Positions 35,897-44,256 of a stretch of 64,000 nt of DNA are shown piece after piece. The first letter of the stretch is position 1. Each line of letters starts with the position of its first letter. The translations under genes were made by a program, and so were the position numbers. The notes beneath the pieces are model-generated. The model did not search any database. It had not been told where the DNA came from and saw nothing but the letters and a program-made list of their open reading frames with translations. The stretch comes from a virus: IMG/VR virus record IMGVR_UViG_3300042901_002277, one strand, 5' to 3'.

Positions 35897-36689
35897 GCTA
35901 AAGGCTCCTGACTACTTGTCACCATCTTCCATTGGGACATTTAAACAGTGCCCACAGAAGTTCAAGTTCAACAAAATTGACCTAATCCCAGACCCATCTA
36001 ACCACTGGGCGGTATTGGGTAATTTTGTCCACGACATTCTTGAAGAGATGTATAAGCTCCCAGCAGAATTGAGGACACTTGCAAACTGTCGCCCATTAGC
36101 GAAACAGATATGGGACGAGAAGTGGGCAGAAGAAGCAATGAAAGTTGTTGACGGCTTTAAGGTCACTTACAAAATAGTCTCTCTCAGCGATGCTGAGGCG
36201 TTGAACAAGTTTCGTTGGGCTGCATGGTTTTGTGTTGAGAATCTCTGGAATCTTGAGGACCCACAAAAACTTGAACCAACCGGCCTTGAGTACGAACTAA
36301 ACGGAGAGATAGCTGGAGTAAGGCTTCGTGGATTCATAGACAGATACAGCCAGACGGAAGGCAAAATGTCTCTGACCGTAAGTGACTACAAAACAGGAAA
36401 GACACCAAAGTACGACCTGGACGAAAAGTTTTCTCAGCTTTTAATTTATGCAAAACTTCTAATCAACCTTGGTGTTGGCGATGTCGACAAAGTTGAGCTT
36501 TTGTACCTTAAGGACGGAGTGAAACTTACGCGAGAAGTAACTCACTCTGAAATAGTAAAACTTGAAGAAATGATTCAAGAGACAAAGTCGCAAATAGATG
36601 AAAAATGCAGGACCGGTGAGTTTGAAGCAAAGACTTCGTTTCTGTGTAATTTTTGCAGTTACAAACGCATATGTCCGGCGTGGAGATAA
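35886..36689 (+). CDS. PD-(D/E)XK RecB/Cas4-like exonuclease
   Basis: LSPSS---F-QCP, GNFVHDILE, GFIDR, DYKTGK, QLLIY, CNFC----ICP. Confidence 0.9.
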   Translation: MTSELKAPDYLSPSSIGTFKQCPQKFKFNKIDLIPDPSNHWAVLGNFVHDILEEMYKLPAELRTLANCRPLAKQIWDEKWAEEAMKVVDGFKVTYKIVSLSDAEALNKFRWAAWFCVENLWNLEDPQKLEPTGLEYELNGEIAGVRLRGFIDRYSQTEGKMSLTVSDYKTGKTPKYDLDEKFSQLLIYAKLLINLGVGDVDKVELLYLKDGVKLTREVTHSEIVKLEEMIQETKSQIDEKCRTGEFEAKTSFLCNFCSYKRICPAWR

Positions 36690-36691
36690 AG

Positions 36692-37201
36692 ATGATGCTT
36701 AATGATGACGCATTCGCAAGAATGGTTGCAGAGGAAGTTAAGAACAAGCTTTCTCCGCTTCACAAAAAACAATTGATGGAGAAGGATAACTGGGACAGAT
36801 GGAGAGACGCGCTCCTATTTCTTTCCGAGAACCTAAAAGAACAGATTGACGAGATTGAGTATGATGCTCAGGCAGATGATGCCAGGTATACGGCGCTCGG
36901 CAGAGATGGCAAACGGCTTGCAATTGAGGCAAAAGCCGCGTATGACTCAAAGCTGAAGAAAGTCAGTAGGTTTAAGTTCCACGTTGATAAGCGACTTGAT
37001 GAAGTTGCTGCAATGATTGAAACTGGCGATGAAATATCTTCAGATGGGTGGGAACAGGTTGATTTTTACAAGAGAGCAATTGCTACTCATCGTGCAATGT
37101 TGAGAGACTACGACCTAGAAGAGACATCAATTGACAGGGCTCTCTGGGCGACTCTTGAAAGCAAGTGGGAGTTTGACCAGATTGACGTTGAGAATCTCTA
37201 A
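36692..37201 (+). CDS. Hypothetical protein
   Basis: Start moved to ATG 36692 (GGAG upstream). Confidence 0.7.
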   Translation: MMLNDDAFARMVAEEVKNKLSPLHKKQLMEKDNWDRWRDALLFLSENLKEQIDEIEYDAQADDARYTALGRDGKRLAIEAKAAYDSKLKKVSRFKFHVDKRLDEVAAMIETGDEISSDGWEQVDFYKRAIATHRAMLRDYDLEETSIDRALWATLESKWEFDQIDVENL

Positions 37202-37206
37202 CTAAG

Positions 37207-37581
37207 GTGAAACCTAGAAAGCCACTCAAGAGGGGTAAACCGCCCAAAAGAGGCGCTCCCCCAAAGAGGACTGGTTCCATAAAGAAAAGAAGCAAAAAAC
37301 AATCTGAGCTTTATGAACTACGGCGTCCATTTGTGGAGAAGATTCTTAGCGAACGACCGTTCTGTCAGGCTTGCAAAGTTTTCGCACAGCATGATGAAAA
37401 AGTAACTTTTATCCAAAAAAATAGTACGGATGTTCACGAAATAATTCGTCGCTCACAGGGTGGTTCGATACTTGATGAGGATAATGTTCTTGCAGTTTGC
37501 AGGCCGTGTCACACCAGGATTGGCAACTACCCACAACTTGCTTTTGATTTGGGTTTAGCAAAACATGGTTGGGAACGTTAG
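37207..37581 (+). CDS. HNH endonuclease with basic N-terminus
   Basis: CQAC ... DVHEII-RSQGGS...N...VCRPCH. Confidence 0.85.
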   Translation: MKPRKPLKRGKPPKRGAPPKRTGSIKKRSKKQSELYELRRPFVEKILSERPFCQACKVFAQHDEKVTFIQKNSTDVHEIIRRSQGGSILDEDNVLAVCRPCHTRIGNYPQLAFDLGLAKHGWER

Positions 37582-37590
37582 TTTTTGACA

Positions 37591-37629
37591 TAAAAAAAAG
37601 CACCCCATCCAAAATGAATGGGGTGCTTT
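37591..37629 (-). terminator. Intrinsic terminator
   Basis: AAAGCACCCCAT/ATGGGGTGCTTT stem with T8 on the minus strand. Confidence 0.85.
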
Positions 37630-37647
37630 ATTTACTAGAAAGTCTAA

Positions 37648-38004
37648 TTAGCCTTCAACTACAGTGAAAGCAACTGTCATGTTCGAACCAGCAGTGCTGG
37701 AACCGACAGCCGATACGTCGAGGCTGACGAGTGCACCTTTTGTGAAGTAAAGGTTTGATGCTTGAGCCGAAAGTGTTCCTTCGTCCGATGTTCCAGCAGC
37801 AGCAATCGAGAACGCTGCTGCGACGTTAGAACCAATTTTCAAGTCTGCTGTAAGAGCTGAACCAACTGGGGCTGTGGTTACGGCTACGTAAGCGCCGGTG
37901 ACAGAACCAGCAAACGGCATAGCCATTGTAACGATGCTGGATGTTGATAGTCCACCAGCAATGTTCATTGTGATGGTTGTTGGGGCGAGTGCTGCTGTTG
38001 ACAT
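37648..38004 (-). CDS. Small Ala/Ser/Thr-rich beta-sandwich protein, possible capsid decoration protein
   Basis: 118 aa, RBS AGGAG, TATACT upstream, own terminator. Confidence 0.55.
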   Translation of the reverse strand: MSTAALAPTTITMNIAGGLSTSSIVTMAMPFAGSVTGAYVAVTTAPVGSALTADLKIGSNVAAAFSIAAAGTSDEGTLSAQASNLYFTKGALVSLDVSAVGSSTAGSNMTVAFTVVEG

Positions 38005-38134
38005 TTTTTCTCCTATATTGAATTGGGTACGAAGAAAGTATACATCTCTAAGTTTTATTTAAAAATAACTTTAAAAAATTTTTTTATAATTAACACTTTC
38101 AGTATTTATTCCGGGTGTACTGTAGTAATCCTTA

Positions 38135-38194
38135 GGACCGTTATAGGTGCGAAAGTCGGGTGGGGAGACTCACTCGGCTTTTGCATGTTTGTCC
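38135..38194 (+). ncRNA. Candidate structured RNA 1 (long hairpin, GAGA tetraloop)
   Basis: TGCGAAAGTCGGGTGGG-GAGA-CTCACTCGGCTTTTGCA pairs only with G-U wobbles on the + strand; GGAC/GTCC outer helix. Confidence 0.5.
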
Positions 38195-38282
38195 CCATCT
38201 GCTTAATTTTTAATAATAAATGCTTTACTATTTAGCTTTAATAAATAGTGTTACTCTTTTTCCATCTAGCCAATATCTACTC

Positions 38283-38371
38283 CGAGTGGAAGAAGGGCAG
38301 GTGGTCAAAAGGTCTAGTAGCGAAAGCTATGGCAAATCGAAGACTCGACTGCACGCCACCTGTGTCACTCG
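38283..38371 (+). ncRNA. Candidate structured RNA 2 (bulged rod, GAAA tetraloop)
   Basis: Nested helices CGAGTG/CACTCG, GCAGGTGG/CCACCTGT, GGTCT/AGACT, GTAGC-GAAA-GCTAT; TG-T-TACTCT upstream; terminator downstream. Confidence 0.55.
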
Positions 38372-38373
38372 AC

Positions 38374-38416
38374 AAACCCGCTGAACCGGCTAGGTGTTCG
38401 GCGGGTTTTTGCTTTT
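38374..38416 (+). terminator. Intrinsic terminator after candidate RNA 2
   Basis: AAACCCGCTGAAC...GTTCGGCGGGTTT then TTGCTTTT. Confidence 0.8.
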
Positions 38417-38434
38417 ATGGATTAGTATCTGTCC

Positions 38435-38965
38435 GTGAATATCAATCTACTTGGGCTTGACCTTTCCTTAACGTCCACTGGGTATTCTCATAACGGTGAT
38501 ACGGGCGTCATCTCAACCAGTGAAAAAGGCGTCCAAAGGCTAAAGACAATTTCTGAAACAATTAAAAAAATAGTTTTGGAAAATGATATAGACGTAGTCA
38601 TCGTTGAGGGTTATTCCTTCGCATCTCGCAGCGGACAGGCGTTTTCTATTGGGGAACTTGGTGGAGTCGTCAGACTTTGCCTGTTTGAACTAGGCGTGCC
38701 ATTCGTGGAAATACCGCCAACATGTAGAGCCAAGTTCGCCACCGGAAAAGGCAACGCTTCAAAGAACGAAGTCATTTCTTCTATTTCCGCCAAGACCGGA
38801 ATCGTATGGGGGAACCCTGGGGCAGACGACAAATGCGATGCTTGGATTCTTGAAGAGATGGCTCTCGCTTTTATGGAAAAACCCAGGTTTTCTTGGCCAG
38901 CAACGAATATGTCAGCCTTAGACAAAGTAGATTGGAGCCCACTACAAGTGAAAGGCAGTACATGA
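38435..38965 (+). CDS. ruvC: RuvC-like Holliday junction resolvase
   Basis: GLDLSLTSTG, IVEGYSF, GELGGVVR, FATGKGNASK, DDKCDA; GTG start 6 nt after TAGTAT. Confidence 0.88.
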   Translation: MNINLLGLDLSLTSTGYSHNGDTGVISTSEKGVQRLKTISETIKKIVLENDIDVVIVEGYSFASRSGQAFSIGELGGVVRLCLFELGVPFVEIPPTCRAKFATGKGNASKNEVISSISAKTGIVWGNPGADDKCDAWILEEMALAFMEKPRFSWPATNMSALDKVDWSPLQVKGST

Positions 38966-39297
38966 GAAGCGCACCTATTAGTCAGGTTGAAATTGAACAA
39001 GAGATGCTCAGGCTCGTTGGGGAACTAGAAAAAGAAACTGAAGCATTTGAAGTCCTCGCCGTTGAAGCGGCTAAGAAAGAAGCAAGGTACAAGTCGAACT
39101 GGGCAAAGGAATATCTTGCTCGCTCTGGCTCAATCAAAGAGCGTGAGGCTTGGGCAGACTACAAGCTTGATGATGTTAACTACGAATACAAAATTGCAGA
39201 GGCTCTTGTTAAAACAAAGCGAGAAGCACTACTATCTATACGAACATCGATAGATGCAATGCGTACACTTAACGCGAACGTGAGAATACAGGTATGA
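38962..39297 (+). CDS. Hypothetical coiled-coil protein
   Basis: ATGA overlap with the ruvC stop. Confidence 0.7.
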   Translation: MRSAPISQVEIEQEMLRLVGELEKETEAFEVLAVEAAKKEARYKSNWAKEYLARSGSIKEREAWADYKLDDVNYEYKIAEALVKTKREALLSIRTSIDAMRTLNANVRIQV

Positions 39298-40088
39298 GCG
39301 GAATACATCCTTCCTTAAAATCTCTCGCTGTCGACATTGAAAGTCTTGACTACCTTGAGGGAAATCCGCGAATCGGAAATGTTGAAGCAATCATGGCTTC
39401 ATACTCGGAGTTTGGCCAGGTAAAGCCAATCGTCGCTAAGAAAAATGAAGACGGAACAGCAACTGTTATCGCAGGTAATCACCAACTTGAAGCGGCTATT
39501 AATCTCGGGTGGGAACAGATTGCGGTTATTTTTTTAGACGCCGACGATAAGAAAGCAATTGCTTTTGCGCTTGCCGACAACAGAACGATGGAGCTTGGCT
39601 ATACAGAACCAGAACTCCTTACGGACATGCTTCTTGAAATTAGCGAGTACTACCCAGACCTTCTTGATGGATTAGGTTGGGACGAATTTGAACTTGCGTC
39701 AATGGAAAGCGACATGATAATTGAGCAAGCAAGAATGGATAACTCCGAAGAAGAGATTCCACACACTAGAGAACAAATAGCAGAGCAAAAAGTTTACGAC
39801 GATGCTGTTGACTCAATAAAAGGAATGGTTCAAAAAGATGATTCTGGAGAAAACAGAATTGTTGCTAATTCAAACCTAGACCATTCTGATATTGCTACTC
39901 GTGGCTCCACTGTTGCGGTACCGGGCTCGGCTCCACAAGCAGCTGTTCAATACACGATTGTTTTCGATAATGCCGACCAACAGGCTCAGTGGTACAAATT
40001 CATCAAGTGGCTGCGTTCTGACCCAGCTGTTGACGGAGACACCACGGCAGAAAAACTGATTAACTTCATAGACCCACACATGCCATGA
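39294..40088 (+). CDS. ParB/Srx N-terminal domain protein
   Basis: GNPR-GNVEAI--S-EFGQVKPIV, VIAGNHQLEAA--LGW, ALADNRT. Confidence 0.88.
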   Translation: MSGIHPSLKSLAVDIESLDYLEGNPRIGNVEAIMASYSEFGQVKPIVAKKNEDGTATVIAGNHQLEAAINLGWEQIAVIFLDADDKKAIAFALADNRTMELGYTEPELLTDMLLEISEYYPDLLDGLGWDEFELASMESDMIIEQARMDNSEEEIPHTREQIAEQKVYDDAVDSIKGMVQKDDSGENRIVANSNLDHSDIATRGSTVAVPGSAPQAAVQYTIVFDNADQQAQWYKFIKWLRSDPAVDGDTTAEKLINFIDPHMP

Positions 40089-41230
40089 CCAGACAGAGAA
40101 TGTTCTTGAACATTTCGTGCGTGGAAGCTGCGCGTCAAAGAATCAGACATGTCTACGACCAGTTCGACACTGTATGCGTGCAGTTCTCTGGGGGCAAAGA
40201 CTCAACGGCTGCCCTGCTATTAGCGAAAGAAGTCCATGAGGAACGCGGACTCGGCCCGGTAAAAGTCATCTTTAGAGACGAAGAGATGGTTAGCCCAAAG
40301 ACCATTGAATATGTTGAAAGAGTAAGAAACTACGACTGGGTAGACATGGAATGGTATTGCCTTCCATTTATTGCCGAGGTGTGGGTTCTTGGAAAGCGTG
40401 AACGAATCCTTCTATGGGGTGCTCTTCGCGGTAGCGAGGGCAGGTGGGTTAGGGATATGCCACCATGGGCAATCAATGCTGAAACGCTTGGACTAAACCC
40501 AGCCATGTCACTCCCGGAGCAAACCGACTATTACACAATGCAAGGAAAGGTCGGAAACGTTGCTTTTATTACTGGCGTTCGTGCAAGTGAGTCGATGGTT
40601 CGTTATCGCTCAATCGTTCAGAAGCTTCATGAGAATTACATCGTTACCCCATACAAGCTGAAAAGAGGGATACCTCTTAAGTTTGCAAAGGTGATTTACG
40701 ACTGGAATACGGACGATGTTTTCAAGTTTATAGTCGAAGAGCATGGTTCTGATTATTGCGAGTACTACGACCTTGCTGCTTTGACTGGAAGCAATACGCG
40801 AGTTGGCATCCCACTCCACTCGATTGCTATCAGAAGAATTGGAGATGTCGTTGCTACTGAGCCAGAGTTCTACGACAGACTTGTTGAGTGTTTCCCGCAC
40901 ATTGACGCTCAAAGAAGAATATGGAAAGACTTCGATGTTGAAAAGTTGATTTCCAAGTATGCCAAGGATGGTTTTACTGGTGCGTCCAACTTCATTAATG
41001 ATTTTATTATCGGCGAAGAAGCAGCGCGTTCTGCAAGAACCTTCGTTGCAAAGTTTAGACAGAAGCAAGCAACAGACCCAGGCGGGTATCCGCTCAATTA
41101 CTTGATTAGAACGCTTCTTCTAAATCAGTTTGACTCAAACTCTCCAACACCAGTCGGCCCTAAGACAAAGGCACATGCTGTAAGAACTATTGAACAAACA
41201 GAGGAACAAAGTGAAACATTTGAATATTAA
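40085..41230 (+). CDS. PAPS-reductase-like PP-loop protein (IbrA/YbdN-like)
   Basis: QFSGGKDS, RDEE, TGVRASES--R, IYDW. Confidence 0.85.
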   Translation: MTRQRMFLNISCVEAARQRIRHVYDQFDTVCVQFSGGKDSTAALLLAKEVHEERGLGPVKVIFRDEEMVSPKTIEYVERVRNYDWVDMEWYCLPFIAEVWVLGKRERILLWGALRGSEGRWVRDMPPWAINAETLGLNPAMSLPEQTDYYTMQGKVGNVAFITGVRASESMVRYRSIVQKLHENYIVTPYKLKRGIPLKFAKVIYDWNTDDVFKFIVEEHGSDYCEYYDLAALTGSNTRVGIPLHSIAIRRIGDVVATEPEFYDRLVECFPHIDAQRRIWKDFDVEKLISKYAKDGFTGASNFINDFIIGEEAARSARTFVAKFRQKQATDPGGYPLNYLIRTLLLNQFDSNSPTPVGPKTKAHAVRTIEQTEEQSETFEY

Positions 41231-41768
41231 TTACGTTAAGGCAAGTGATTTGAAAATCCCAGAGTGGAAAGCAACGTACATACTTCGCCCTGACCTTCTA
41301 GTGCTTTCTGCGTCTTTAATGGAGTTTGGGTTTATCGAACCAATCCATATTCGTGCTTCAACCAAAGAGGTCATTGATGGCAGCGAAAGACTGAGACTAG
41401 CCCTAAACGTTTCCAGAATTATTGATGCTCACGGGGACATGATTCCAGTAATCGAACACGATTGCGACGGTCTTACGGCAATGATGATGCACCTACGCCT
41501 GAATAGGGGTCGCGGCAATCTTGTGTCAAAGAAGATTTCAAACATCGTACGAAAGCTAAAACAGTCTGGCAAATACAATCGCCACGATTTTGATTCTCTT
41601 TTGTGCATGAAGACTGACGAGCTTGAGGTAATGTTGGAGGCGTCAATCATAAAGACAAGAAACATAGCTGAACACACATACTCTCGTGCCTGGGTCCCAA
41701 TTGAGGCCCCTGCCGGAACAGTGGACAGCGAACCAGTTGTAGAAAGACCACCGAATCCAGATAGGTGA
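41211..41768 (+). CDS. ParB-like protein (IbrB/YbdM-like)
   Basis: SLMEFGFIEPI, VIDGSERL, HLRLNRGRG; GTG start with GAGGA. Confidence 0.75.
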   Translation: MKHLNINYVKASDLKIPEWKATYILRPDLLVLSASLMEFGFIEPIHIRASTKEVIDGSERLRLALNVSRIIDAHGDMIPVIEHDCDGLTAMMMHLRLNRGRGNLVSKKISNIVRKLKQSGKYNRHDFDSLLCMKTDELEVMLEASIIKTRNIAEHTYSRAWVPIEAPAGTVDSEPVVERPPNPDR

Positions 41769-41818
41769 CGGTGATATAATTACTTTATTAATCCGTCCGA
41801 AAATAAGGAATAATTAAT

Positions 41819-42271
41819 ATGCCACAGCCAATTCAAGGTCCAACACTTGCCGAAGTTGCACTCAATGTTGACCGTAGACAAAAAGAAATCAGAAAAAGAG
41901 GGCAGGTTTCACGTCGTGGGGCAGCAGAACTCAAGAAGCTTGCGGAAGCATTGAAGGGTGCTGGGGCAACTAAAAAAGATTTAGCTAGACAGAGGCAAAT
42001 AGCCAGACAGTTATACGCTTACAGGGACGGGAAAAAGGGCTCCATATCCACCCGAAAAGCCAATGCGCTTTTCAATGAGTCTGGAAGAATTGCCGCAAGA
42101 GCAAGAAAAAGAACGGCAGAACTAAAGGCTGCAGCCGACAAGAAAAAGGTCGCCCAGAAAGCCGTTTCTAGAAAGAAGGCCGCTAAGAAGAGGGCTGCCA
42201 AGAAAACGGCAAAGAAGACTGCCAAGAAGGCCGCACGACCAGTTAAAAAAGCAGCCAAGAAAAGTCGTTAG
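41819..42271 (+). CDS. Highly basic histone H1-like protein
   Basis: C-terminal KKAAKK/KKTAKK repeats; TG-A-TATAAT promoter at ~41772. Confidence 0.75.
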   Translation: MPQPIQGPTLAEVALNVDRRQKEIRKRGQVSRRGAAELKKLAEALKGAGATKKDLARQRQIARQLYAYRDGKKGSISTRKANALFNESGRIAARARKRTAELKAAADKKKVAQKAVSRKKAAKKRAAKKTAKKTAKKAARPVKKAAKKSR

Positions 42272-42357
42272 AACTTAATTATTGAGCTGTAAATAATTAG
42301 TGCTTTTATTTAAAGTGCTACAATTGGACTGAAAAGTTGCAACCTCAGAGGTAAGCC

Positions 42358-43002
42358 ATGCTCGTGTCAGTTCAGGACCTAATCATATATATGGACATCT
42401 CTCTATCCTTGCGTCAGCAAGATGCTGCAGAGATGGTTCTCGAAGGTCTTCAAAGCGAGCTAGAGGCATACCTGAGAAGACCTGTTGAACCGACAGAGTT
42501 CACCGAAGAATACGTTCTTGACTCAGGCCATCTCGGCGTTCCAATGGGAACTTTTCTGTCCGTGAACAGACCAGTTGGAGACTCATTCAGCACCACAAGT
42601 CCTGTAGAAAATACTGTTTATACAGAGCCACCGCAGACTATATATTTGCGCAATTCACCAGTTGTCTCCGTGATTGAGGTTACCGTCAAGCCACAGTTCG
42701 GCGCTGAACGGGTGCTCGTTCCAGAAAGCGACTATGTCGTTAGGCGATTTGGAATTGATTACTTCTTCGGATTCTCCAATGACATAGTGACGGTTAACTA
42801 CACGGCTGGACTTGATGGTGAGAACATAAAGATGTTCAAGTTGATGATTCTTCGTGCGGCGACTCGTGAAATGCAAAACATGCACGACGACGTTGTTGGT
42901 GTTAAGGACCTCAACACAAGAAACGTCGCCCCACTGGAAACAGGATTTAGCGACCGCGAGCTTGCCTCTGTCAGAAAGTACAGAAGAGTTAGAGTTGCGT
43001 AA
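42358..43002 (+). CDS. Head-tail adaptor/connector protein
   Basis: ELEAYLRR...FTEE, LRNSPVVSV, VNYTAG, VRKYRR; first gene of neck operon. Confidence 0.75.
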   Translation: MLVSVQDLIIYMDISLSLRQQDAAEMVLEGLQSELEAYLRRPVEPTEFTEEYVLDSGHLGVPMGTFLSVNRPVGDSFSTTSPVENTVYTEPPQTIYLRNSPVVSVIEVTVKPQFGAERVLVPESDYVVRRFGIDYFFGFSNDIVTVNYTAGLDGENIKMFKLMILRAATREMQNMHDDVVGVKDLNTRNVAPLETGFSDRELASVRKYRRVRVA

Positions 43003-43487
43003 TGGCTAGGACAACTGGCAGGATAACGATTGAGGTCGATGTTAAGGCGGACGACGTCCTTGAACTTTTAGACGACATGAAGGACAGGGCGAATGATATG
43101 CGACCCGTATTCAGGTGGGCAAAGGGTCAGCTCGAACTAGCCAATGCAGCAAACTTCATGGCGAACGGTCTTCCAAGCGGCAAGCCATGGGCGCCTCTTG
43201 ATAAAGACTACGGAACCTGGAAATCGGCACGCTTCCCCGGACGCGGAACGATGGTTCAGACTGGAAACCTTTTTAGAAGTCTTATTAACATGAACGATTC
43301 TGCAGTTAATGTCATAGAAAAAGATACGGCCACATTCGGAACAAATGTAGAGTACGCAAAGTTCCATCAGTACGGAACCACAAAAATGCCTGCAAGAAAA
43401 ATCGTGTTTACTCCAAGAGAGTTCCCACGAGAACTTGGAATCTCTATGGTTAAATACATAACTCTAGGTGAGGACGGAATCGCATGA
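43002..43487 (+). CDS. Virion morphogenesis / tail completion protein (Mu gpG-like)
   Basis: G-PWAPL, TGNLFRSL, FGTNVEYAKFHQYGT-KMPAR. Confidence 0.85.
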   Translation: MARTTGRITIEVDVKADDVLELLDDMKDRANDMRPVFRWAKGQLELANAANFMANGLPSGKPWAPLDKDYGTWKSARFPGRGTMVQTGNLFRSLINMNDSAVNVIEKDTATFGTNVEYAKFHQYGTTKMPARKIVFTPREFPRELGISMVKYITLGEDGIA

Positions 43488-44116
43488 GCCTGATGCATGG
43501 CCCACAGTTCGCCAAGTCTTATGTCAATGAATATCTTAAATTAGATGTTCCAATCAGAATAATTAGATACCGCAATGGTTGGAATGTTGACGACATCACA
43601 CTCCCAACACCTGTTGACTTCTTTATCCACGAACCAATTGCAATGGATACGTGGCCAACAATAATTACAGCTGCAATATCTACGAGTAAATTTGAAAGAA
43701 TCGGCCACGACGGAACGGACCCGCTTTACCGGGTTGACTATGCAATGCGCACCTATGTTTGGGCAAGAGCAGATGGCGCAGAGGCCGTAACAACCATGAG
43801 AGACCGGTTGACTACGGTCCTTAGAGCCTCGCTTCTTGACTACCCATGCCTAAAGGCGTACGACGATAGAAACTCTTTTCGTGCAATGATTGACGAGTCA
43901 ACCCTTCGCGAAGAATTTTCTGACTTGACCCTGTTAAAAGGCGACAGATTCCTTGCGGGTTCTTACATTTCTTACACCCTGCAAATCGATGAAATTGTCA
44001 CACGAGAGCCAATCGGTACGGTTCAAGAATTTGACCTCGAAGTCACTCAGACCGGTGTCCAGATAGACCCAGATACAGGCGACATAAAAGAGCTACCAAC
44101 ATTTGAGCCCGCGTGA
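43484..44116 (+). CDS. Putative tail terminator protein
   Basis: Position between neck and sheath genes. Confidence 0.55.
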   Translation: MSLMHGPQFAKSYVNEYLKLDVPIRIIRYRNGWNVDDITLPTPVDFFIHEPIAMDTWPTIITAAISTSKFERIGHDGTDPLYRVDYAMRTYVWARADGAEAVTTMRDRLTTVLRASLLDYPCLKAYDDRNSFRAMIDESTLREEFSDLTLLKGDRFLAGSYISYTLQIDEIVTREPIGTVQEFDLEVTQTGVQIDPDTGDIKELPTFEPA

Positions 44117-44170
44117 AGTACAATAAAAAAGGTTTAAAACATAAAACCGTTTACATCAAATCTTTTTAAC

Positions 44171-44205
44171 AGTTGCATTAGAAAAACGTTTTGCATCTGT
44201 ACAAT
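44171..44205 (+). promoter_or_regulatory. Putative sheath-operon promoter
   Basis: AGTTGCATTA-19 nt-TACAAT. Confidence 0.5.
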
Positions 44206-44256
44206 TGAAACTAATAAGCGGGATTCCAATCCTAAAACGAGCAACAGGAGTGTCCA

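Noticed and set aside
35886-36689. Cas4-like nuclease as a sign of a CRISPR system
   Set aside because: No repeat-spacer array or other cas genes seen; the context next to a Sak-like gene fits a recombination exonuclease.
38023-38460. Two 70-aa ORFs in the intergenic region
   Set aside because: No RBS, atypical composition, and they run through RNA-like hairpins and a terminator.
40085-41230. Calling the gene cysH or dndC
   Set aside because: Only the PP-loop core is shared; flanking ParB-like genes point to the IbrA/YbdN group and no other dnd or cys genes are present.
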